From Eledone cirrhosa (Eukaryota), in NCBI GenBank assembly GCA_964016885.1, contig OZ024754.1:37882001-37946000 (forward strand): a stretch of DNA of 64,000 bases. The letters are read 5' to 3'. The notes beneath the pieces are model-generated. The model was given only the letters and a program-made list of their open reading frames with translations, had not been told where the DNA came from and made no database searches. Positions within the stretch are counted from its first letter, which is position 1. Each line of letters begins with the position of its first letter. A program made the translations under genes and the position numbers. This document shows, piece after piece, positions 1 through 14,858 of this stretch.

Positions 1-173
1 TATTGTCCTTAATGTCTACTTTATGTAAACCCTTGTGGTTAATAAAGAAAGTATTATTATTAATATTATTATTATTATTCTCTACATTCCTTACATCAAA
101 CTAAAATATGTTGACAATCTTTTAATAATGTCTTCCTTGTGAAATCTGTGGTCTTGTTTTGCTTAACTAATGA

Positions 174-317
<144 letters not shown>

Positions 318-719
318 ATATATATTTTTGTCACATCGCCAGTCTGAAGAGCAGATTGATAATGGAGACGAGTCCATAACTCCTAAGGAAGACCTTGAGC
401 CAATCTTCTGTGATACGCGCATAACAGGTCGATATCATCATCATCATCGTTTAACCTCTATCTTCCACGTTAGTATGGGTTAAACAGGTTTGTCCTATTT
501 GAGGCAAGTTGGGTCGGGTGACCGTGTCTCGCTCGTATAGGACTGTTTCTAACTGGTTTTCTACGGCTGGATGCCCTTCCTAACGCCAAACACATTTATA
601 GAGTGTTTGGGTGCTTTTTGCGTGTCTCCTACACGACCACTATACAGAGTGGACTAGGTGATTTTTGTCGTGACACCTACACGCCATTTTACAGTGTGGG
701 CTGGATGTTTTGTGGTACC

Positions 720-955
720 AACATGGTACGACAATCAGCGATACCAGAGTGTCATGTTCGTGGATGCTACCCCTGGAGGGAAATTAGCTAAGCAATGTAG
801 AAAGGCCCTAACAAAGACCCATCTAAAGATTAAAGTTGTAGAAAAGCTAGGAACTACCAGAAAATCCCTGATCAGCAAGACACATCCCCTTTAAGAAAAC
901 CCACTGTACGAATAAGAAATGTGTTATATGTAAAATGAATCCCCAGATAAATTGT
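720..955 (+). mobile_element. Penelope fragment, same family as 38853-40577
   Basis: WYDNQRYQSVMFVDATPGGKLAKQCRKAL is nearly identical to the 574-aa ORF. It sits between duplicated blocks ~327-720 and ~960-1350. Confidence 0.85.
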
Positions 956-1419
956 GTGTTTGTCACATCGCCAGTCTGAAGAGCAGATTGATAATGGAGG
1001 CGAGTCTATAACTCCTAAGGATGACCTTGAGCCAATCTTCTGTGAAACGCGCATAACAGGTCGATATCATCATCATCATCGTTTAACCTCTATCTTCCAC
1101 GCAATCATGGGTTAGAAAGGTTTGTCCCATTTGAGGCAAGTTAGTCGAGTGACCGTGTATCGCTCGTACAGGACTGTTTCTAACTGGTTTTCTACGGCTG
1201 GATGCCCTTCCTAACGACAACCACATTTACAGAGTGTGCTGGGTGCTTTTTGCCGTGTCTCCTACACGACCACTATACAGTGTGGACTGGGTGCTTTTTT
1301 TCGTGACACTTACGCACCACTTTACAATGTGGGCTGGATGTTTTGTGGTACCACCATAACTACAATAAAAATCGGATACATGTAAACAAAACTTCCTCGC
1401 TTTTTCTAATATATATATT

Positions 1420-1692
1420 AATAGTTAGAGCATTGGGCTTGCAATTGAAAGGTTGTGAGTTTGATTCTCGGACTAGGTGATGCGTTATGTCCTTGAGCAA
1501 GACACTTTATTTCACGTTGCTGCAGTTTACTCAGCTGTAGAAATGAGTTACGACGTCACTGGTGCAAAGCTGTATCGTCCATAGCCTTCCCTTGGACATC
1601 ATCGATGACATGGAGAGAGGAGGCTGGTATGCATGAGCGACTGCTGGTCTTCCACAAAACAAACCTTGCCCATTCGTGACCGAAGGGGATTT
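1420..1692 (+). mobile_element. SINE family B (tRNA head + GTCCTTGAGCAAGACACTT core)
   Basis: Copies at 5378-5500(+), 8615-8825(-), 49490-49640(-), 54380-54490(-), 60045-60200(-) and 60608-60820(+); head TGGCTGAGTGGTTAG...GAGTTCGATTCC. Confidence 0.85.
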
Positions 1693-1811
1693 CGATATAT
1701 ATATATATTGTCATACTGCCAATAAAAATACACGCACCTGTTTGTTTTCACTTCAATTTATTACAAATTTCCGGTTGGTTGGTTTGATAACCAGATGGTT
1801 GTTTATATAGT

Positions 1812-1854
1812 GTCAAAGCTCTTTCGTCACACATTCTGTGACCTCCTCAGTGAC
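1812..1854 (-). ncRNA. Minimal type I hammerhead ribozyme (PLE-type)
   Basis: GTCA-CTGAGGA-g GTCACA gaatg TGTGAC-GAAA-GAGC-TT-TGAC. A partial sister copy at ~25152-25175 has a CUA triplet. Confidence 0.75.
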
Positions 1855-2474
1855 TGCGTTTTTATTTTGTGTCTCTCCTTTGTTCTGTCCTACACCATCT
1901 TGTTTTGTGTGTTGTGTGCTTAGTTTGCGCGCGTTTTTTTAATTTATGTGTTTATTTACTTGTCAATAGTTGGTTGTTTGTTCTATCTAAGTGTGTCTGA
2001 TTTGTTTTATTGGTTTGGTTTTTGTGTGTGTCTGTATGTCTTCATTTTATCATTAATTACTGGTTGTGATGTTGCTATTCCACCCATGTTTTCTGTTTAA
2101 TTTTTGTTGGAGTTCATTTATGTTTGTTGCCTCTGTGATTTGTCAGCATCTTTTGTGTGTGGATATAATTTTTATCTCTATGTTCTTTAATGTGCCCCTA
2201 TATTCTAAATTCAAAACGAAATATATATATATGTAACAAATGTAAGTTACTAGGTAATCTTTGTTTTGTTTTTTGTTGTTGTTGTTCTTTTTTCTGTCCA
2301 ATATTTCGGGACCTAAAAGTCCCTTCTTTAGGATTTAAGGAACTTTCAGAGGATAATGTTCTACAAAAAACAAAACAAATATTACCAGGTAACTTACTTT
2401 TCATTACCTCATCTTACAGTCCATTTTGTATTGTTTAGCCTTCTATCTCTTTCCACGTTATATATATTACCTCT

Positions 2475-2883
2475 CTAAGACAATGACACTGGATCGAGAT
2501 CTCTGGCGCCATGCAGTTGTACAGAAGACCCGACTGTCATTGCATACAAACCTACAGTCAGAAGGCACCTCTTAACCCAATGTACACCCCACCCCATATA
2601 CCCTGCACCATCCTCCCTTTCCTGTTCCGTCCACTGTGTCAATGACACAACAGTCCACACTGTAAGGTGGTTGTGTAGATGACACGGTAAAAAGGCTCCC
2701 AGTCCACACTGTAAATGTGGTTGGTGTTAGGAAGGGCATCCAGTTGTAAAAAACCTGCCAGAGACACTTCCGTATGAGCGAGACACGGTGTCCCGACCAT
2801 TCCCGCGTCAATTGGAACCTAACCGTCTAACCCATGCTAGCGTGGAAAATGGATCTTAAACGATAATAATGATGATGATGATG
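2475..2883 (+). mobile_element. Retroposon family C with AGGAAGGGCATCC motif and (GAT)n tail
   Basis: Copies at 434-720(-), 1067-1355(-), 23526-23885(-), 49297-49480(-) and 60950-61513(+). Confidence 0.75.
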
Positions 2884-5059
2884 AAATATATGTATATATG
2901 TATGTATATTCAATCAAACCATGGGTTATTTTTATTTGTTTTAACAGTGGAATGCGGTTTTCAGAAGTTTGGAAGAAAATATGGAGTCATTAAGGAGAAG
3001 CGGTGATAAAACTAGTGTTGCTAATAATTTCAAGATTTATTTACTGCTGCAATTTGGTCATCTACAAAAAGAATAAAACTTCGCTAAAATGACAATGAGG
3101 TTTCGTTTTTATTGTGTATATGTATGAGAGAGAGATATATAGTTTTAAATATTCTTTAAACTAGACCACGAGACCCCTGGATTATAAGGCTAAGCTCTGC
3201 AGCCGACATAGCCCATATGTAAATCCAGTACTACCTTGGGACGCCTTTGCTTCAGTGAACAAGTTACGCCCTTCTTCTCCTTTTCATCGAGCTGCCTCAA
3301 GTTTCCCACCATTGTGCTTATCAATCATTTTTTCAATCCCATGGATTGTCAGTTTTAAACTCCCTTGTTATGGCGTGGAGAACAATCTTATGTAAATTAA
3401 TAATATTTAATTGTTAATTTAAGAAAAGTAGATTTAAAGGATTTCACAAAACTTTATTTTTTAGAAACAAATACAATTGATAGAGTGACCAATGAACTAA
3501 AAAGATATTTCCTACTTTTACAAAATACTTCTATGATAGGTAGATAATTTGAAACAAAATTTAAAAAAAGCATTAAATGACAAAATGTCTCTTAAGTATG
3601 TTGGATGAATATTTTCAGGAGACTTGAATATACAAATGAACTTTCACACACACACATATATATATATATATATACATACATACACACACATATATATATA
3701 TATATATATACATACATACATACATACATACACACAGACACACATATATCTACGGTTCTTATATATTTGATATATATTTATCCTTATCGAGCCCGCTTTG
3801 GATTTTAGTCTTCAAATTTATTATTATTACTATATATATATATATATATATATATAAGCAGACCTGTTCACTTGACCAGTCTAACCCATGCAAGTACGGA
3901 AAATAGACATTAAACAGTGATGATGGTTATGATATATATATATATAGTAATAATAATTGTTTCTACTTTTGGCACAAGGCCAACAATTACCCAGTACATT
4001 ACTGGTACTTTATTTTATCGACCTCGTAAGGATGAAAGGCAAAGTTATAGTAATAATAATAATATTTATACTTATATATGGTTTATATATAATTATAAAT
4101 ATGGAGGGTAGTATGAAGCACTAGCTTAGTACTACCAGACATTCGTCTGGAAGAAACAATTGTCAGCAATTAAATGTATTAAACTAAGATTACATTGTTT
4201 TATATTTTGTATGTATATAATGTTTTCTCCTATTATGGTATTCAACAGTCTTGTTCCAAAATTAAAACCAGTTTCAAACCAGTTGAAGGATTGATTGGAA
4301 AACTTGGTCTTCTATAAATGAATGACCAACATACTATTATTAATAGAACTCTGGATAGATGATGGATTGGCAGTATCGGTAGAGGGTCTGATGCCAAGTT
4401 TTGCGGGAAAGAGTTATGGCCCTTTATGGTCTGAGTTCAAATCCCGCCGAGGTTAACTTTGCCTTTCATCCTTACAGGGTCGATAAAATAAAGTACCAGT
4501 AATACACTGGGATAATTGCTGGCCTTGTGCCAAAAGTAGAAACAATTATATATATAGAGGCGGTGGATTGGCAGTATCGGTAGAGGGTCGGACGCCATGC
4601 TTTGATGCATAGAGTTACGGCCCTTTATGGTCCGAGTTCAAATCCCGCTGAGGTTAACATTGCCTTTCATCCTTACAGGGTCAATAAAATAAAGTACCAG
4701 CAATACCAGAAACAGACACTATACTGGCCATGGCTATTAACCAGTATTAGCCAGACACTGTGATATTATCTGTTCCTCATTTTCTCTAAATCCTTTCTCA
4801 CACTCATTTTAGTCACACTCTCTCTCTAAGAACATAGATACAAAAGCATATTTTGAATGCAACTTATTATTTGCTACATATATATGTGTGTATATATATA
4901 TGTGTATGTGTGTGTGTCATAGATTTGGCTATAAGAATGAAATGAGTAAGTTGATTTAGTAACTTTGGGTCACTTTTATTGGCTACATCAGAATACAAAA
5001 TGTTAAAATATATCATATTTCAAAAATATTTCTTTTATTTCACAAAATGTGGAAAAATT

Positions 5060-5182
5060 TTATTTCATTACAAGGTTTTGATCACCAGAATTTATAACAT
5101 GAGTAACTTGGGTATAACCTCTATCAGTTGCAGGGTTCACAAATTCCGTTGCATGGTTTTGTTGTAGGACAACAACACCTAC
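5060..5182 (-). CDS. MS4A-like gene terminal coding exon (VGVVVLQQNHATEFVNPATDRGYTQVTHVINSGDQNLVMK*)
   Basis: tttttacaactacag| acceptor; in frame with exon 4; TAA at 5062-5060; AATAAA motifs downstream on the minus strand (~5035, ~4975). Confidence 0.75.
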   Translation of the reverse strand, partial: VGVVVLQQNHATEFVNPATDRGYTQVTHVINSGDQNLVMK

Positions 5183-5544
5183 CTGTAGTTGTAAAAATAG
5201 GTTTAAATATATCAAATTTTCATAGAAGTAAATGTTAGTTGATACAATGGTAACATGCATAAATTTCTCTTTATCTTTTTAAGAATATATTCATTTTTTT
5301 TTTTACTACTCATTTATTTCAATGACAATGTCTCTTACCACTATATTTAGCACTCAATTACTGATTATATATATATGAAGGTGAGTGGCTGAGTGGTTAG
5401 AGAATTGGATTCACAATCGTGAGGTTATAAGTTTGATTCCTGGATTGGGTGATTCGTTATATCCTTGAGCAAGACACTTTATTTCACGTTGCTCCTTCTT
5501 CCTGAAATTGCAACGTCGGTGTGAAGGAAATTAGGAATTTATTT

Positions 5545-5655
5545 GCTTTATCATACGTTTCTGTGTCTATTATAATTGTCTACATATGCTGACTACAATA
5601 CATATTGTTCAATCATATGCAATACTTAATTATTTATCACACTTCATCAGAAAGC
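5545..5655 (-). ncRNA. Hammerhead-like motif with enlarged stem II
   Basis: GCTTT-CTGATGA-aGTGT...ACACa-GAAAC-gtat-GAT-AAAGC. The inverted partial copy at ~5745-5765 preserves GAAAC ATAT GTT AAAGC. Confidence 0.55.
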
Positions 5656-7417
5656 CTATAATAGTGGAAGTGACTATCCACTACACAGTGCATATGGTTG
5701 AACAATATGTATTGTAGTCAGCATATGTAGACAATTATAATAGACACAGAAACATATGTTAAAGCAAATAAATTCCTAATCTCCTTCACACCAACATTTA
5801 TATTTTTCTTGCTTATATTAATATACTCCGTGATCGCTTCTGGACCTATATACCATATTCCCCTGCTTGGATATTTATGCTATACGATTCAAAGAATACC
5901 GTCGAGTCAAATACACATATATATATATTGGTGCTCCAACATAGCGATATACATATGAATGTATGTATTGTATAGTTAACACAGTTAATAATATATGGGA
6001 TGTTTATGAAAAACACATGGAAGGCCTTTCGCTATGCATTTTAAGGTTGTGACGATTGTCATGTACCTAGCTTCAGCAAAAGCAGGAGGAAGTAATCGAC
6101 GATATCACCATTTCTCATTTATTAGCGATTATCAAGACTACATATCTCCCTGCCTTTGCTGAAGCTAAAGTAAGCTAGATTCTTACAGAATTCTGCTTAT
6201 GTTTATGAGCTGATGAAACTCATTTGCATATAGAGCGGTAACTGGCCCGGCATAAAGAAAAAATTTGTATTGGTGCTCTGACATGGCGATATACATATGA
6301 ATGCTGAAGCTAGGTATGTGACGATTGTCACAACCTTAAAATTCATAGCAAAAGGCCTTCAAATGTTTTTCATAAACATCCCATATATTATTAGATATAC
6401 AACACAGACACTTGAGTCTCAAATAATTGTCCTCTGCTGCTTATTAATTTTTCAGATTTTTTCCCACTTATCAAATTTTTCTATGTTATTCTAAGTGGCA
6501 ATTAATTTTCTTTATATGTTAAAAAACATTATATATGACAAAAAAGTATGTTAGAAACCCCATATGTTATAAAAATCAACAGAGATAACTTTAGAAAAAT
6601 TAACACCCCCCGTTATTTGGGACCCAAGAGTACATTCATATGTATATCACTATGTCGGAGCACTAATACAAATTGGTGACTACCACTCCATATAGAAATG
6701 AGTTTCTTCAACTGATAAACATAAGCATATATATTTCAAATATATATTCAAATTTTATATTACTATAAATTTTTCATCACAGTTGCATGCTACCTAAGGT
6801 TTCAAAGCCTACTAGCATAGGTCATGGAGGAGACGCTTGCCTTTCATCCTTATGAGGTTGATAAAATAAAGCACCAGTAATGCATTGGGGTCAATTTAAT
6901 CAACTTTCCCTACCCACCCCCCAAAAATTGCTGGCCTTGTGCCTATAGTAGAAATCGTTTTTTCGTACATGAGATCTTATCAAGTGCAAGAAATAATGAA
7001 CGTACTCTGCAACAGTGGGCAGATCTGTTGATCACCCATCATTGAAACTGACGTCTCATTCCATTTACTACTCACTCTCTATCGATTTTTGGTTCTTTTA
7101 TTTTCCTTCCCACACAATACTTAAGCACAGGGCTGTGTTGGCCAGGAAGGGGCCCATCTTCCTGGCAAAAAACCTTTTTACAATGAATTTAACTAGCACA
7201 GGACCTCATTTGTCCTAAATCCAGCACTGCTCCCACCTTATAGTTGTTCAAAAGCTGAAGTATCTCTGGATCCCCTAGTCTACATTATAGCAATCTACAT
7301 AGAGAAAATGCCATATAAGGTATCACTAAATACACTACAACATAAAAGGTGTGAACTGGTGCATCCTGATGTACAAAAAATTATTATAATTATTATTATT
7401 GTGTAAACTGAACTTAC

Positions 7418-7537
7418 CCTTTCACTTGAACAGCAGCAGCAAATGGATGAAGAGATAATAGCCAAAATAAATTCAAAAAACATAGCAACTGATCCAACAC
7501 AAAATAAAGGATACAATTTATATGGATAAGTGATACC
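7418..7537 (-). CDS. MS4A-like gene coding exon 4 (GITYPYKLYPLFCVGSVAMFFEFILAIISSSICCCCSSER, TM4 plus Cys cluster)
   Basis: ttttcag| acceptor and AGG|gtaagt donor; 120 nt, phase 0. The EFxxAIxSxxxC pattern is typical of MS4A TM4. Confidence 0.87.
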
Positions 7538-7644
7538 CTGAAAATGAAAACAGTTTTTTTAATGAGAGAGAGAGAGAGAGAGAGAATAAAGATTGAAATG
7601 AAAGGTAATGTGTTAAAATGTGTGAAATTAAAGAGAAATGTTAA

Positions 7645-7861
7645 CCCTGTGGCATTTAAACCGGCTGTATCCAGCCAGATTTCTTGTTCTCAAAATAAAT
7701 ATCAAAATCTCATAGGTTTATTATTTGAGGTAAAGCCTTTATCATGAAAATATAATAGTAAATATAGAGTAATGTAAATGTTATGTGAGATAATAATATG
7801 AGGTAATGCCTTTACCATGAAAATACAATTGTAAATATAGTGTAATGTAAATTCTAAAGGG
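7645..7861. mobile_element. piggyBac-like MITE (other copies 52278-52497, ~52611-52810 partial, ~49127 partial)
   Basis: TTAA|CCCT...AGGG|TTAA termini; internal similarity to 52278-52497. Confidence 0.7.
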
Positions 7862-8385
7862 TTAAAGAACCAATAGAAGATAATCTGAAGTAGATTTTCT
7901 ATCAAGTGGGTGGAATAAGGGAGAAGATTGAAGGCAACACTATTGTGAATAAAGTTTGGTAAGTATCAGGTAGACTGAAGTGATGTAGTGTGCTAGGGTG
8001 GTGCTGCACTTGTACTATAAATACTTCTCATCATAAATAGTGTTGTCCTTATAGAAGTGAAGATATGTGTCAGCTAGCAGTCATTATCTGTTGTAACTAC
8101 AGGAGTTTATAAATGTTGGACTTATGTCTCAACCCTTCCAAGTAAGAGAGGGTGAGAGAGATGAAGGGGAATAGCAGTGATGACAAACTAATGAAAAAAC
8201 ATAAAACAACACTAAAAATCATGACAAGAGAAAACTAGCCACTCTCATCATTTGATTTTAATTATTACAGCAAAATCAAATACATATGCTTTGATTTCAT
8301 CCCCCGCTCACACTGAGCATTTCACTTCCTCCAACAATTTAAAAAAAAACAACAACAAAAAACTATCAGATAAAAATATACTTAC

Positions 8386-8475
8386 GATGATGCTGGCAAG
8401 GTAAGAGAAAACACCCATTCCACAAATTGAAAAGAGGCATGCTGACAAAATAGCAAGGACCATGTACACAATTTT
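8386..8475 (-). CDS. MS4A-like gene coding exon 3 (KIVYMVLAILSACLFSICGMGVFSYLASII, TM3)
   Basis: ttttttgcag| acceptor and ATC|gtaagt donor; 90 nt, phase 0, hydrophobic helix. Confidence 0.85.
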
Positions 8476-8904
8476 CTGCAAAAAAATATTTATGTATCTT
8501 ATTTAGTTTTTCTATATATCTATGTAAGTACGTGTGTGTGCATGTTTGTACACTTTGTTTAATGGGTGTGTGTATCTCTATCTAGGGTGGGTAAAATTCC
8601 CGAGATGAAAATTTTCCGATCGACTATCTTCAAATCGGACCGAGGAAACAATGTTTCCATTAGTCTTTCCAATTGCTAATACTATCTATCGGTCGCAACT
8701 CCAGGTAGAAGGAGCAACGTGAAATAAAGTGTCTTGCTCAAGGACATAACGCATTGCTTGGTCCAGGAATCGAACTCACAACCTCACGATTGAGAATCCA
8801 GTTCTCTAACCACTCAGCCACATGGTGTGTGTTTATGTGTCAAAGTACCAGTAATGTACTGGTTAATTGCTGGCCTTGTGCCAAAAGTAGAAACAATTAT
8901 CATC

Positions 8905-9125
8905 AACATTGCTATTACGTCTGCTGTTTTTCCATGCTTGCATGTTTCAAACAGGTCCTTCTCAGAACAGAATCTCTCCACTCACTGTGTTCCTTCGTAA
9001 TCTCCTCTGTGAATCGCACCGATTTGAGATCAGCTCTCACCACCTCTGCCCGGGTTTTTTTCTTGGTCTACATCTACGGCAGCTTCTTCCACTGGGATAT
9101 CCTAGCATTTCTTTACCCACCAATC
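8905..9125 (-). mobile_element. RTE-like LINE 3' end fragment in an intron
   Basis: GSCRRCRPRK..EVVRADLK-like degenerate frame; ends in a catgcaagcatggaaaa 3' motif. Confidence 0.55.
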
Positions 9126-9195
9126 TGAAAGTCTATTCTACAATAACTATATACTGTTAAATTCTCTATATATTTTTATAGAGAGAAATATTTAC

Positions 9196-9267
9196 CATTC
9201 TTCGAGTTGTTGTTTCTAGAACTGTCTTCCGACCAGCAAGAATTCCAAATATCCCAACCACGACAAT
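9196..9267 (-). CDS. MS4A-like gene coding exon 2 (IVVVGIFGILAGRKTVLETTTRRM)
   Basis: ttttgtttag| acceptor and ATG|gtaaat donor; 72 nt, phase 0. Resembles the MS4A TM2 end (IISGxLSIxA). Confidence 0.85.
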
Positions 9268-9445
9268 CTAAACAAAACAAAAATTATATAATTAAATTGT
9301 GAAATTTTAAAATACGATATTTAAAAATATAAAATAATCATTTCTTTATTGGCCACAAGGGCTGTTAAAAAAAAAAAAAAAGAATAAAAAAAAAGAAAGA
9401 AATATACAAATATTTTGTCTTTGTCCAGCATAGACCCACAATATT

Positions 9446-10955
9446 AGTTGCTAACTACCATTTCACCTGCATTATCTACAGTTGCTAACTACCATTTGAC
9501 CTTCATTACCTCAGATGTTAACTACCATTTGACCTTCATTACCTACAGTTGCTAACTACTATTTGACCTTCATTACCTACAGTTGCTAACTACCATTTGA
9601 CCTTCATTACCTACAGTTGTTAACTACCATTTGACCTTCATTACCTACAGTTGCTAACTACCAATTGACCTTCATTACCTACAGTTGCTAACTACCATTT
9701 GACCTGCATTATCTACAGTTGCTAACTACCATTTGACCTTCATTACCTCAGATGTTAACTACCATTTGACCTTCATTACCTACAGTTGCTAACTACTATT
9801 TGACCTTCATTACCTACAGTTGCTAACTACCATTTGACCTTCATTACCTACAGTTGTTAACTACCATTTGACCTTCATTACCTACAGTTGCTAACTACCA
9901 TTTGACCTTCATTATCGACAGTTGCTAACTACCATTTGACCTTCATTATCTACAGTTGCTAACTACCATTTGACCTTCATTACCTACAGTTGCTAACTAC
10001 CATTTGACCTTCGTTACCTACAGTTGCTAACTACCATTTGACCTTCATTACCTACAGTTGCTAACTACCATTTGACCTTCATTACCTACAGTTGCTAACT
10101 ACCATTTGACCTTCATTACCTACAGTTGCTAACTACCATTTGACCTGCATTACCTACAGTTGCTAACTACCATTTGACCTTCATTACCTCAGATATTAAC
10201 TACCATTTGACCTTCATTACCTACAGTTGCTAACTACCATTTGACCTTCATTACCTACAGTTGCTAACTACCATTTGACCTTCATTACCTCAGATATTAA
10301 CTACCATTTGACCTTCATTACCTACAGTTGCTAACTACCATTTGACCTTCATTACCTACAGTTGCTAACTACCATTTGACCTTCATTACCTACAGTTGCT
10401 AACTACCATTTGACCTGCATTATCTACAGTTGCTAACTACCATTTGACCTTCATTACCTACAGTTGCTAACTACCATTTGACCTTCATTACCTACAGTTG
10501 CTAACTACCATTTGACCTTCATTATCTACAGTTGCTAACTACCATTTGACCTGCATTATCTACAGTTGCTAACTACCATTTGACCTTCATTACCTACAGT
10601 TGCTAACTACCATTTGACCTTCATTACCTCAGATATTAACTACCATTTGACCTTCATTACCTACAGTTGCTAACTACCATTTGACCTTCATTATCTACAG
10701 TTGCTAACTACCATTTGACCTTCATTACCTACAGTTGCTAACTACCATTTGACCTGCATTATCTACAGTTGCTAACTACCATTTGACCTTCATTACCTAC
10801 AGTTGCTAACTACCACTTGACCTTCATTACCTACAGTTGCTAACTACCACTTGACCTTCATTACCTCAGATGTTAACTACCATTTGACCTTCATTACCTA
10901 CAGTTGCTAACTACTATTTGAACTTCATTACCTACTGTTGCTAACTACCATTTGA
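9446..10955. repeat. 34-bp minisatellite, ~44 copies, intronic
   Basis: Unit agttgctaactaccatttgaccttcattacctac with 33-bp variants. Confidence 0.97.
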
Positions 10956-11212
10956 TAGTAACTGATTCCTTGTTCGGTGATGTCTCACTCAAGGATCTCA
11001 AACATTGAGGGAAAATAAGTTAAGATAAACACTCACTTGTGGACACCATTAGCTAAAAAACTTACTTCGTGGACATTATTTTTTAATGCCGTTGACCTCA
11101 GTTTAATTTCTTTTTTACAACAAAACATTATAGTTGTTATAAACATCATCAATTATGTTATAGACTGTATTAGATTAAAGATTCATTACGAAATGGAAAA
11201 GTAAATACTTAC

Positions 11213-11380
11213 CCATAGACTCATAAGAAATGCTAATGTCGCTGTCCAGTTAACCATATATAAACCATAATAGTCTCGTGTAGAATATGTCACCATTGAA
11301 ATAATGAAACACAAAATTCCAAGGACCAAATGCATCGACCCTGTTATGGTCATTCCTAAATACTGGAAACCAACAATCAT
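11213..11380 (-). CDS. MS4A/CD20-like tetraspan membrane protein, coding exon 1 (MIVGFQYLGMTITGSMHLVLGILCFIISMVTYSTRDYYGLYMVNWTATLAFLMSLW)
   Basis: ATG at 11380 with an in-frame TAA just upstream. Acceptor gtttag at 11405-11410 and donor TGG|gtaagt at 11212. 168 nt, phase 0, covering TM1 and the start of TM2. Confidence 0.85.
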
Positions 11381-11475
11381 TTTCCCTGGTTATGAGAGAA
11401 TTACCTAAACAATAAATTTGAAAAAATAAATTGCAAAAATATGTATCTGTAAATTGTGTATGTAGTTATAAAGTC

Positions 11476-11526
11476 GGCTTGCTGATGATTTCTCCCGAAT
11501 GAAACAGTACTAGTCCTGTAGAAGCC
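11476..11526 (+). ncRNA. Type I hammerhead ribozyme (one mismatch in stem I)
   Basis: GGCTTg-CTGATGA-tTTCtcccGAAt-GAAA-CAG tactagtc CTG-TA-gAAGCC. Confidence 0.7.
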
Positions 11527-11530
11527 ATTT

Positions 11531-14610
<3,080 letters not shown>

Positions 14611-14813
14611 TATTAAGGATACTATTTATGGTTATGTATATACTAAAACTTTTTATAGTTAGATATATTTTAAACCCTAAACAGTGTAAGACAGTAATTT
14701 ATTACTACCTTATTACCAGTAAGATAAATAGCTCAATGTAATAACATCAGTTGTTCTACAGAGCAGTTATATCGAAATCACATGAATCAAAGTTCTGTTC
14801 AAACCATTTATTA

Positions 14814-14858
14814 GCTTACAATTGTTTCATCCAAACCGAGGTTTGGAGTCTTCGGAGC
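14814..14858 (-). ncRNA. Minimal hammerhead, CCGANGA core variant
   Basis: GCT-CCGAAGA-cTCCAAACCtcGGTTTGGAt-GAAAC-AATT-GTA-AGC. Inverted copy at 15665-15709 (CAGAAGA) and a relative at 15940-15984 (CCGATGA, covarying stem II). Confidence 0.7.

Noticed and set aside
6205-6225. CTGATGAAAC motif
   Set aside because: No stem II or separate GAAA/stem III; does not fold as a hammerhead.
9446-10955. CRISPR-like appearance of the 34-, 59- and 48-bp repeats
   Set aside because: Head-to-tail units with no unique spacers, no cas genes, and a eukaryotic context.
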